Shown here piece after piece: positions 1 to 11,066 of a stretch of DNA of 16,969 nucleotides (position 1 is the first letter of the stretch; each line of letters opens with the position of its first letter). The notes under the pieces were generated by a model. The model did not search any database, was not told the DNA's origin, and worked only from the letters and a program-made list of their open reading frames with translations. The DNA lies in NCBI GenBank assembly GCA_038320275.1, contig JBBQEB010000078.1, positions 1 through 16,969 on the forward strand. Direction: 5' to 3'. The translations under genes were made by a program, and so were the position numbers. Source of the stretch: Myxococcales bacterium. Lineage in GTDB: Bacteria > Myxococcota > Myxococcia > Myxococcales > Anaeromyxobacteraceae.

Positions 1-1392
1 GGCACACCGGATGGAGGCGCTCCCGATGGCGGCCCGATTTTCGGCGGCCCCGGCCCTTGGCCCGTCACGAACCAGGTTTACGGGGTGGCGGACGGCATCC
101 TCGAAGCGCCGGTGGTCGCCATGAGCACCGACGAGGACCAGAACCGCTGGGTCGCGACGGGCAGCGCGCTCTATCTGCTGAAGCCCGGAGAGACGACGTT
201 TCGGCGCTATGCCTCCAGGGATGGGCTGCACCTCGCCGACAATCCGGTGCTCTACGACGAGTCGGCCTACTGCCTGACGGGTCCCACACCGCCGACTCCG
301 CCGGCCGCGGGAACGGGGGGTGGCAAGCAGGTGCCGGGCGCCGCCACCGCGCAGGGAATCACGACCATCGTCGGCGGGGCGGCCGGTGAGGTATTCGTCG
401 GCTACTGGGGCGCGGTCCCCTCCGCGGGAGACTGCACCGACCCGGCGGCGGACCGCCACTCCGGCAAGCTCGACCGCATACGGCTGCAGCCGGACGGCTC
501 GCTCGAGGTGAAGCGCTTCGACTTCTTCTCCACCCTCTACGGCATGCAGTACTGGCACAACCGGACGGTGTTCCGGATGGTCTACGACCACGTGCTGCAC
601 CCGCACACGCTCTACGCCGGCACCGAGCACGGCGTGAACATGTTCTTCCCCGACAAGTACCGCGACGCGCTCCCCGGCGAGTGGCCGGACGTCGCGATGC
701 AGGAGTACACGTCCGACCACATGCACGTGCAGGTCTGCTTCCACGGGGACACCGTGTGCCTCGCCGGCGGCGAGGGCAATGCGCGCATGGGCGACTGGCG
801 CGGCCTCGCGGTCGACCCCAAGGACGGCGACCTGTGGCACGCGGGCCGCTGGAGCGGCGGGAAGATCCGCTTCGATCCGGACCTCAAGGTCTGGAACCAC
901 CGGGGCGGGGTGGCGGCGTACTCCGAGGCGTTCGGGAATGGCAGCGAGCCGGTCTTCCCGGTCACCTCCATCGGCGACGTGGTGAGCCTCTCCGCGGTCA
1001 CGGTGGCGAAGGACGGCACCGCCTGGTTCGCGAGCTCCTGGTTCTACGGTAATGCGGCGTCCGTCGCGGCCCCCGGCAGCGGCCGGGGCCTCGCGCACTA
1101 CCTCGGGAACGGCAAGTTCGGGTACTACACCGCCCTGTCCGCGGGGCTGCCCGATGGCGACGTGCAGGACCTGGTCGCGCTGCCGGATGGGCGGCTGGTG
1201 CTCGCCGGCGCCGGCGCGAACGGCGGCCTCGTCTTCTGGGATCCCGCAACGAACACCTCGAAGAAGGTTCAGGCAGGCGGGGGAATCCCCGACAATCGCA
1301 TCCTCCAGCTCGAGCTCGACACCATGGTGAGCCCGCCCGCTCTGCACGTCTCGACGGCGGGCGGGGCGGCGGTGCTGCGCGTGTTCCCGTGA
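1..1392 (+). CDS. Secreted/lipoprotein-type beta-propeller-like protein (myxobacterial type), 5'-truncated by the window edge
   Basis: Frame 1 is open from base 1 (GTPDGGAPDGGPIFGGPGPWPVTNQVYG...) into the 85..1392 ORF, so the true start lies upstream. PDGG linker repeats are typical of myxobacterial exported proteins. It has repeated blade-like motifs (GLAVDPKDGDLW, VTVAKDGTAWF, LVALPDGRLVL, GLPDGDVQDL, GIPDNRILQL). Confidence 0.75.
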   Translation, partial: GTPDGGAPDGGPIFGGPGPWPVTNQVYGVADGILEAPVVAMSTDEDQNRWVATGSALYLLKPGETTFRRYASRDGLHLADNPVLYDESAYCLTGPTPPTPPAAGTGGGKQVPGAATAQGITTIVGGAAGEVFVGYWGAVPSAGDCTDPAADRHSGKLDRIRLQPDGSLEVKRFDFFSTLYGMQYWHNRTVFRMVYDHVLHPHTLYAGTEHGVNMFFPDKYRDALPGEWPDVAMQEYTSDHMHVQVCFHGDTVCLAGGEGNARMGDWRGLAVDPKDGDLWHAGRWSGGKIRFDPDLKVWNHRGGVAAYSEAFGNGSEPVFPVTSIGDVVSLSAVTVAKDGTAWFASSWFYGNAASVAAPGSGRGLAHYLGNGKFGYYTALSAGLPDGDVQDLVALPDGRLVLAGAGANGGLVFWDPATNTSKKVQAGGGIPDNRILQLELDTMVSPPALHVSTAGGAAVLRVFP

Positions 1393-1488
1393 TTCAGGGC
1401 GGGCCCTGCGGATTTGCAGCTCGAGAATGATCCGGACCGCGACCTCAGACCCGACCCCGACCTTCGATCCCTCCGCCCTGCGCGCGTG

Positions 1489-1529
1489 AAAAAGCCCGGG
1501 CTCCCGCAAGAGGGGAGTCCGGGCTTTTT
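1489..1529. terminator. Bidirectional intrinsic terminator
   Basis: AAAAAGCCCGGGCTCCC-GCAAGAG-GGGAGTCCGGGCTTTTT: a GC-rich stem flanked by A5 and T5, lying between two convergent genes. Confidence 0.9.
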
Positions 1530-1568
1530 GCGCTTCCAGCGCCGCGCCGGAGCGCGACCCTTTTCGTC

Positions 1569-5210
<3,642 letters not shown>

Positions 5211-5321
5211 GCTGTCTCCTCGCTGAGCGAGCTGTGCGCGTGCTGCGAGCGCTGTCGTGCCGCACGCAAGCCGTGCGGAGCTGCGGGAAAACGCAGGGGT
5301 CTCCTGAGGCGGGACCACCGC

Positions 5322-5335
5322 GTGACATGGATCAA
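5322..5335. promoter_or_regulatory. FNR/CRP-family-like box between the divergent nifJ and MFS genes
   Basis: The minus strand reads TTGAT-CCAT-GTCAC versus the FNR consensus TTGAT-N4-ATCAA (one perfect half-site). It lies about 110 bp upstream of an anaerobic enzyme gene. Confidence 0.5.
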
Positions 5336-5408
5336 GATTCGCTTCCCGTCGGCGGGCCTGGTGTACAGAAAAACGGGTGCGATGCGCAAGGGCTCGGGGG
5401 TGAACGAA

Positions 5409-6662
5409 ATGACGCAGCGCGGCCCGGCGCCGATGGGGTCTCCGCGGATCCTGGGCGCGGCGGTGGTGGTGGCGGCCCTGGGCTACTTCGTCGACATCTA
5501 CGACCTCGTCCTGGTCAGCATCGTGCGCGTTCCCTCCCTCCGCGCGCTGGGGGTGCCGGAGGGCGGCCTGGTGGAGGCGGGGGTGCGGCTCCTCAACGCG
5601 CAGATGGTGGGGATGCTGCTGGGCGGCGTGCTGTGGGGCGTCGTCGGCGACCGCATCGGCCGGCTTCACATCCTCTTCGGCTCCATCACGCTGTACTCGC
5701 TCGCCACGCTTGCCAACGGGGCGGCGCGCACGCTGGACGGTTATCTCGCGCTGCGGTTCGTCGCGGGGGTGGGGCTCGCCGGCGAGCTGGGCGCCGGGAT
5801 CACGCTCGTATCGGAGATCCTCCCCGCCCGACTGCGCGGCTACGGGACCATGGTGGTCGCCTCGGTGGGCGTCTCCGGCGCGATCCTGGCCAACGCGGTG
5901 GCGAAGACCTTCGACTGGCGGGCCGCCTACTTCATCGGCGGCGGGCTCGGAGTGGCGCTGCTCGCCCTGCGCATCGGCGTCCACGAGTCGTCCCTGTTCC
6001 AGCGGGCGATGGGAAAAGCGCCGGGCGCCGCGGTGGCGCGGGGAAACTTCCTCGCGCTGTTCGCCACGCGCGAGCGCTTCCTTCGGTACGCGCGCTCCAT
6101 CCTCATCGGGACGCCGACCTGGTTCGTGGTGGGGGTGCTCATCACCTTCTCCCCCGAGTTCGCGCGGGCCATGGGCGTCACCGGCCCGGTCTCGGCCGGA
6201 GACGCGGTGATGGCCTGCTACATGGGGCTCGTGGTGGGCGACGTCGCGAGCGGCGTGCTCTCGCAGGTGCTGAGGAGCCGGCGCAAGGTGGTGCTCCTCT
6301 TCCTGGCCCTGGTGACCGCAGGGGTGGCCCTGTACTTCACGCTCCCGCGGGGCGGCCCGCCGGCGCGCATGTACGCCGCCTGCTTCGCGCTCGGCGTGGC
6401 GGCGGGCTACTGGGCCATCTTCGTCACCGTGGCGGCCGAGCAGTTCGGGACGAACCTCCGCGCCACGGTCGCCACCACCGTGCCGAACTTCGTGCGCGGG
6501 ATGGTCCCTGCCATCACCTGGAGCTTCCTGGCCGCCCGGGCCGCCTTCGGCCTCGTTCCGGGGACGCTCGTGGTGGGCGCGGTGTGCCTCGGGGTCGCGA
6601 TGGTGGCCGCGCTGGGGCTCCAGGAGACGTTCGGGAAGGACCTCGACTGGCTGGAGCGGTGA
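5409..6662 (+). CDS. MFS transporter (start uncertain: 5382, 5400 or 5409)
   Basis: Has about 12 hydrophobic segments, MFS motif A (GVVGDRIGR), RFVAGVGLAGE, VSEILPARLRG and AEQFGTNLRAT. Confidence 0.92.
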   Translation: MTQRGPAPMGSPRILGAAVVVAALGYFVDIYDLVLVSIVRVPSLRALGVPEGGLVEAGVRLLNAQMVGMLLGGVLWGVVGDRIGRLHILFGSITLYSLATLANGAARTLDGYLALRFVAGVGLAGELGAGITLVSEILPARLRGYGTMVVASVGVSGAILANAVAKTFDWRAAYFIGGGLGVALLALRIGVHESSLFQRAMGKAPGAAVARGNFLALFATRERFLRYARSILIGTPTWFVVGVLITFSPEFARAMGVTGPVSAGDAVMACYMGLVVGDVASGVLSQVLRSRRKVVLLFLALVTAGVALYFTLPRGGPPARMYAACFALGVAAGYWAIFVTVAAEQFGTNLRATVATTVPNFVRGMVPAITWSFLAARAAFGLVPGTLVVGAVCLGVAMVAALGLQETFGKDLDWLER

Positions 6663-6671
6663 GGGCCCGCG

Positions 6672-6690
6672 ACGAGCCACGGAGGCTCGT
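6672..6690 (+). terminator. Small hairpin after the MFS stop, possible weak terminator
   Basis: ACGAGCC-ACGGA-GGCTCGT lies 9 nt after the stop but lacks a strong U-tract. Confidence 0.3.
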
Positions 6691-6719
6691 TGCGAGAAGT
6701 AGCTTCCGGAAGCTACATT
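6690..6719 (+). promoter_or_regulatory. Sigma70-type promoter with an overlapping 18-bp palindromic operator for the TA operon
   Basis: TTGCGA (6690-6695), an 18-bp spacer, then TACATT (6714-6719). The perfect palindrome GTAGCTTCCGGAAGCTAC (6699-6716) covers the spacer and the start of the -10 element. Confidence 0.7.
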
Positions 6720-6725
6720 CCTTCC

Positions 6726-7019
6726 ATGCGAACCGTCGGGCTGAAGGTGCTGAAGAACCGATTGAGCGAGTACGTGCGGCTCGCCGCGCGGGGTGAGACG
6801 GTCCTCATCTCGGACCGCGATCGCGTCGTCGCGGAGCTGGTTCCGCCGGGCGCTGGGCGCTCCTCCGAGCTCCCGGACGCGCTGCTCGCGGAAATGGTTC
6901 GGCGTGGGCAGCTCACGCCCGCGACGCTGCCTCCAGGTGCGAGACCACGCTCGCTGCCCGGCGTCGCACCCCTCGCGGAGCTCCTCGCCGAGCTCGAAGA
7001 CGACCGGTCGAGCCGGTGA
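6726..7019 (+). CDS. Phd/YefM-family type II antitoxin (97 aa)
   Basis: MRTVGLKVLKNRLSEYVRLAARGETVLISDRDRVVAELVP is a typical Phd N-terminus. Its stop overlaps the toxin start (GTGA). Confidence 0.9.
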   Translation: MRTVGLKVLKNRLSEYVRLAARGETVLISDRDRVVAELVPPGAGRSSELPDALLAEMVRRGQLTPATLPPGARPRSLPGVAPLAELLAELEDDRSSR

Positions 7020-7399
7020 TCTACCTGGACACGTCCGTCGCCCTGGCGGAGCTCCTCTCCGAGGACCGCAAGGCCCCCGAGGCCCTCTGGTTTGAGCCGC
7101 TCGTCGCGAGCAGGCTGCTCGAATACGAGCTGTGGAGCCGGGTTCACGCGCGCGGACTTGGCGCCTCCCATGGCGACACGGTGCGCGAGCTTCTGGCGCA
7201 GGTCTCGCTCGTCGAGCTCCTTCCTGCGGTGCTCGAGAGGGCGCTCCAGCCGTTCACGTCACCGTTGCGGACACTCGACGCGATGCACCTCGCGACCGCC
7301 CACCACCTCGCCATGGCCCGCCAGAGGATCGCGATGGCCACCTTCGACGAGCGCATGCGGCGCGGCGCGCGTGCGCTCGGGCTCGACCTCGCCTTCTGA
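7016..7399 (+). CDS. vapC: VapC-type PIN-domain toxin (127 aa)
   Basis: Contains the PIN motifs IYLDTS, E.E, LRTLDAMHLATA and ATFD, and is translationally coupled to the antitoxin. Confidence 0.9.
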   Translation: MIYLDTSVALAELLSEDRKAPEALWFEPLVASRLLEYELWSRVHARGLGASHGDTVRELLAQVSLVELLPAVLERALQPFTSPLRTLDAMHLATAHHLAMARQRIAMATFDERMRRGARALGLDLAF

Positions 7400-7517
7400 C
7401 CGATGTCCCCCTCTTTCTGCTCCGCACCGGGGAGGCGTCCGGAGGGGGGGGGCGAACGGCGAGCCGGCAGGTCTCGCCGAGGACGTCCTCTTTCACGAAA
7501 GGTAAAGGACATACGCA

Positions 7518-8429
7518 GTGCGCCCTCGCATCGTCGCCGTCTACCTCCTCTGCTGCGCCGTCTGGGGCTCGACCTGGGTGGTCATCGCCGCTGGCCTGCG
7601 CGATCTCCCGCCGCTGCTCTTCGCCGGCTCGCGCATGCTGGTCGCGGCCGCGCTGCTCGCGCCGGTCACGCTCCCGGAGGTGCTAAGACTGGAGTCCCGC
7701 GTCTGGCGGCGCCTCGCCGGGCTGGGCGTCCTCCAGATCGCTCTTCCCTACGGCCTCATGTTCGCGGGCCAGCAGTGGACGCCCTCGTCCCTCGCCGCCA
7801 TCCTCTTCGCCAGCTTTCCGGTGTGGGTGGCCATCCTGGGTCGAGCGGTGCTCGGCGAGCGGCTCACGCGGCGTCGAGCCGTCGCGGTGACCCTCGGCGT
7901 CCTCGGCGTGCTGGTGCTCCAGTCGCCCAGCCTGCGCAGGCTGTCGGCCTCGGGGCCCCTGGCGCTCGCGAGCACGCTCATCCTCGCCGCCTCGATCAGC
8001 GCCGCCCTCGCGAACGTGCTCGCGAAGCGGTACACCGTGGGCCGGGTGAGCCCGCTCGCAATGGTCTTCGCGCAGGCCTTGCCCGCGGGCGCGCTCCTCC
8101 TCGCCGGCTCCGCGATGCTGGAGCGCGGGCGGCCCGCCGCCTTCACCCTGAGCGCGATGGGCGCGGTGGCTTACCTGGCGGTCTGCGGCACGGTGCTCAC
8201 CTATGGCTGCCTTTACTGGTTGCTCCCTCGCGTTCCGCTGTCGTTCGTCGCGACCATCCCGCTCCTCGACACCACGCTGGCGGTCTGCCTGGGCGCGCTG
8301 CTCCTTCGCGAGCGGCTCGGCTGGCACCTGGCCCTCGGCGGAGCGATGGTGCTCGGCGCCGCCGTCTTAGCGGGGCTCCCGGCGCGGCGCGCCGTGAACG
8401 CCGGACAGCCCGCGTCGGTTCCTGCCTGA
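7518..8429 (+). CDS. EamA/DMT-family transporter
   Basis: VWGSTWVVI...LPPLLFAGSR, two EamA repeats (LGERL, LRERL) and about 10 TM segments. AAGGA lies upstream of the GTG start. Confidence 0.92.
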   Translation: MRPRIVAVYLLCCAVWGSTWVVIAAGLRDLPPLLFAGSRMLVAAALLAPVTLPEVLRLESRVWRRLAGLGVLQIALPYGLMFAGQQWTPSSLAAILFASFPVWVAILGRAVLGERLTRRRAVAVTLGVLGVLVLQSPSLRRLSASGPLALASTLILAASISAALANVLAKRYTVGRVSPLAMVFAQALPAGALLLAGSAMLERGRPAAFTLSAMGAVAYLAVCGTVLTYGCLYWLLPRVPLSFVATIPLLDTTLAVCLGALLLRERLGWHLALGGAMVLGAAVLAGLPARRAVNAGQPASVPA

Positions 8430-8551
8430 TCGGCCCAGCAGGGGAAGGGGTGGAGGGTGTCACCGCCGATTCTCGAGGTTCCCGCGCGCGGCGCGAACCC
8501 TCCGCCGCGGCTGCGGCTCCAAGGGGTAGACCTCGACCAGGAGCCGCCTCC

Positions 8552-9145
8552 ATGCACTTCTTGCCTCGATCCCGCCCCGCCGTGCTTGCCGCCCTCACCC
8601 TCGCGCTCGCCGCCTCGCTGTCCGCATGCGCGCACTCCAGGGGATCCGAGGCCGCGGCTCCCCCTCCGACCGCCGCTGTTTCCGCGGCGAGCGCCGCGAC
8701 CAGCGCAAAGGTGGATCCGGGGCGCTCCGAGGCCGCGCAGAACCTCGCCGCCTTCTTCGGCAAGACGAAGGGCATGCGCACGGTCTTCGCGTCGGACCTG
8801 CGGGCCGACCTGGCGAAGGACAAGTACTTCGTGGTCGACGTCCGCCCCGCCGCCGACTACGCGAAGGGCCACGTCCCGGGCGCGATCAGCCTGCCGCTCG
8901 AGACGCTGTTCACCGAGGCGTCCCTCGCGAAGCTGCCGCCGCGGGCCGGAAAGCCCATCATGCTCGTCTGCCAGACCGGCCACACCGCGTCCATGGCGCT
9001 GGGCGGGCTCACCGCGCTCGGGTACGAGCCGTACGCGCTGCGCTTCGCCATGATCGGGTGGGAGGCGAAGACGGCGCTCAAGGTGTTCTCCAAGGACGAG
9101 CCGCCGCAAGAAGTGCGGGGGCTCGGCGGGCCCATCGAGCGCTGA
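8552..9145 (+). CDS. Rhodanese-domain (sulfurtransferase) lipoprotein, 197 aa
   Basis: AGGAG RBS before ATG 8552. The signal peptide ends in the lipobox LSAC. It has the rhodanese motif VVDVRPAADYAKGHVPGAISLP and the active-site loop VCQTGHTA. Confidence 0.88.
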   Translation: MHFLPRSRPAVLAALTLALAASLSACAHSRGSEAAAPPPTAAVSAASAATSAKVDPGRSEAAQNLAAFFGKTKGMRTVFASDLRADLAKDKYFVVDVRPAADYAKGHVPGAISLPLETLFTEASLAKLPPRAGKPIMLVCQTGHTASMALGGLTALGYEPYALRFAMIGWEAKTALKVFSKDEPPQEVRGLGGPIER

Positions 9146-9157
9146 AGAGGCCGCCCC

Positions 9158-9373
9158 ATGCCTATCTACGAATACGCTTGCGCGAAGTGTGACGGGAGCT
9201 TCGAGGAGCTCATCGTCCGCCGCTCGGACGAGGCCGACGTGTGCTGCCCGCGATGCCAGGCGAAGGACGTGCACCGGCTCATGTCCGCGCCCTCGGCCGC
9301 GCCCTCCCGCGGGAACGGCGGCGGGCGGGCGGCTCCGGCACGGGGGTGCGGGCCCGTGGGTTGAGGGATCTGA
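9158..9373 (+). CDS. FmdB-family zinc-ribbon protein, probable selenoprotein (UGA 9362-9364 read as Sec; 68 aa if it is a stop)
   Basis: MPIYEYACAKC...CCPRC...VHRLMSAP is the FmdB signature. The C-terminus reads GCGPVG-TGA-GGG-ATC-TGA, followed by a SECIS-like hairpin. Confidence 0.85.
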
Positions 9374-9375
9374 AC

Positions 9376-9393
9376 GCCGCCCGGTCGGGTGGC
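9376..9393 (+). promoter_or_regulatory. Bacterial SECIS-like element
   Basis: GCCGCCC-GGTC-GGGTGGC: a 7-bp stem (one G-U pair) starting 11 nt after the UGA, with a GGUC loop 18 nt after it. This matches the E. coli fdhF SECIS geometry. Confidence 0.75.
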
Positions 9394-9462
9394 ACAGCGC
9401 ACGGCGCGAAGGGAGGGGCTCCGCACCTTTGAGCCCCGGTCGTCGGTCGAGGTCACGAATCT

Positions 9463-9480
9463 GGTTCAATCGATTGAACC
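9463..9480. promoter_or_regulatory. Perfect 18-bp palindrome, putative transcription-factor operator
   Basis: GGTTCAATCGATTGAACC is AT-rich against a very GC-rich background and lies about 90 bp upstream of the ATG at 9568. Confidence 0.65.
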
Positions 9481-9567
9481 GCGCCCGACCCGATCCGAGG
9501 GCGCGAGCTGCGCGCAAACCTTCTCACGCGGCCAGGCTCTCGAAGAGTGTCTGGACCGGAGCTCACC

Positions 9568-9816
9568 ATGGATCTCGCCTCCCGCTGGGCCGCCTTCTCC
9601 CGCTCCCACCTGCGCACGCTCGCCTCCGCGGGGATCGGCGCCGGGCTCGGCGCGGCGTATGCGCTCACGATCGGCTGCTCCACCGGGAGCTGCCCGCTGA
9701 CCTCGAACGCCTGGACCGCGGCGCTCTTCGCGGGCTTCACGGGCGCGATCGCGGGATGGCCGGACCGGCCGAGGCGCGTGGCCGGGGCGGAACGGGAGGC
9801 CCCGCCGGTCCCGTGA
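9568..9816 (+). CDS. Small two-TM membrane protein with a GCxxGxCP motif (DUF6132-like), 82 aa
   Basis: GGAG RBS before ATG 9568. Two hydrophobic helices flank IGCSTGSCPLTSN. The family assignment is from recollection of the motif. Confidence 0.75.
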   Translation: MDLASRWAAFSRSHLRTLASAGIGAGLGAAYALTIGCSTGSCPLTSNAWTAALFAGFTGAIAGWPDRPRRVAGAEREAPPVP

Positions 9817-10124
9817 GCATCCCGCGCCGCGCTTTCGCTAGCGGCGCACGCGAGGCGGTGCTCGCCGCCGTTTCACTCCGGCGACCTCGAATCCGCTCTC
9901 CCGCGCCGCGGCGAAGAGCGCGAGGTCGTGTGTGGCGAAGACCAGGTCGCACCGCACCGTTCGTCACCGGCGAGGACCGCTCGAGTACCCGATGACCCCG
10001 TGGCCGCGGACCTTCCGCGCTCGAGGTGTGACGTCTTGCCGCGCAAGCGCGTGTGGACAGCGCCCCTCGACCCCCCGAATATGGGGCGCTCCGGCACATG
10101 AGCTCGTGGCCGCAGAGGTGCACC

Positions 10125-10898
10125 GTGTCCGACGCAAAGCTGGGACGTAGGGAGCTCGTCACCCTCATCGGCGCCGCCGCCGCCGGCGCTGGCCTGGTCG
10201 GGAGGGCGCGGGCCTCCGCGCCCGACGCGAAGCCGGCTGCGGGCGGGAAGACGCCCTGGGTCTACCAGCCGCTCGAGCCCGACGCGGTCGCCGAGCGAGC
10301 CTTCGCGAGCTACGCGAAGGGACACTGCATGTACGGCTGCTTCGAGTCGATCGTCGGCACGCTCGCCGACCGCGCCGGCGAGCCCTACCGGTCCTTTCCC
10401 TTCGACATGTTCGTCTATGGAGCGGGCGGCGTCGCCGGGTGGGGCACGCTGTGCGGCGCGCTCAACGGCGCGGCGGCTGCCTTCCAGCTCCTCTCCGCGA
10501 AGCCCCAGCCGCTCGTCGACGCGCTCTTCACCTGGTACGAGCGCGAGCCGCTCCCGAACTATCGCCCGCGCGGCGCGAAGTTCCCCGACGTGAAGATCGC
10601 CGCGGGCTCGCCGCTCTGCCATGCGTCGGTCTCGGAGTGGTGCAAGGCGGCACACAAGAAGACCTACACGCCGGAGCGGAAGGAGCGCTGCGGGGTGCTC
10701 ACCGCGTCCGTCGCGCGAGAGGCTGTGGTGCTCCTCAACGCCCAGGCGGCCGGGAGGACCATCCCCGCCGCATTCGAGAAGCACACCGAGGAGTGCATGA
10801 GCTGCCACGAGCAGGGCGGCGCGCAGGAGAACTCGCGCGGCAAGATGGGCTGCAGTTCGTGTCACTTCAGCTTGGGCACGAAGCACACGCCGCTGTAG
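10125..10898 (+). CDS. Tat-exported C_GCAxxG_C_C-family protein with two C-terminal c-heme motifs (split-Soret cytochrome c-like), 257 aa
   Basis: AGAGG RBS before GTG 10125. Twin-arginine signal LGRRELV...ARA. Conserved Cys motifs GHCMYG, GWGTLCGALNG, SPLCHASVSEWC and RKERCG. Heme motifs CMSCH and CSSCH at the C-terminus. Confidence 0.85.
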   Translation: MSDAKLGRRELVTLIGAAAAGAGLVGRARASAPDAKPAAGGKTPWVYQPLEPDAVAERAFASYAKGHCMYGCFESIVGTLADRAGEPYRSFPFDMFVYGAGGVAGWGTLCGALNGAAAAFQLLSAKPQPLVDALFTWYEREPLPNYRPRGAKFPDVKIAAGSPLCHASVSEWCKAAHKKTYTPERKERCGVLTASVAREAVVLLNAQAAGRTIPAAFEKHTEECMSCHEQGGAQENSRGKMGCSSCHFSLGTKHTPL

Positions 10899-11066
10899 CG
10901 CGAGGCGGCGAAGCACGGGATCGCAGCGCGTTCGGCTCCGCGCGGCTGAGGCCCTCAGCTCCGCCGCGTCATTGACGATACGTGCGGACCGGCCCGGCAG
11001 GTCCTCGGGGAGCTGGCGCCCGAGCGCGCGTCGTGGGCCGGCTTCGTTGCAAGAAAAGCCCGCAGG

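Noticed and set aside
1427..1471. Short degenerate GACC(C/T) repeats
   Set aside because: This is low-complexity sequence with no spacers or constant unit, so it is not a CRISPR array, and no function is supportable.
5211..6680. 490-aa N-terminal extension of PFOR in the 1703-aa ORF
   Set aside because: It is the antisense shadow of the MFS gene. PFOR homology and a good RBS begin at 5210.
7403..8551. Upstream part of the 580-aa ORF fused to the rhodanese
   Set aside because: It is an Arg/Pro-rich off-frame reading of the EamA gene. The signal peptide and RBS place the true start at 8552.
9371..9700. Read-through of the second UGA into the 9389..9700 ORF
   Set aside because: The hairpin is only 2 nt from the second UGA, which is the wrong spacing for a SECIS. 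The downstream frame does not look protein-like and overlaps the 9568 gene.
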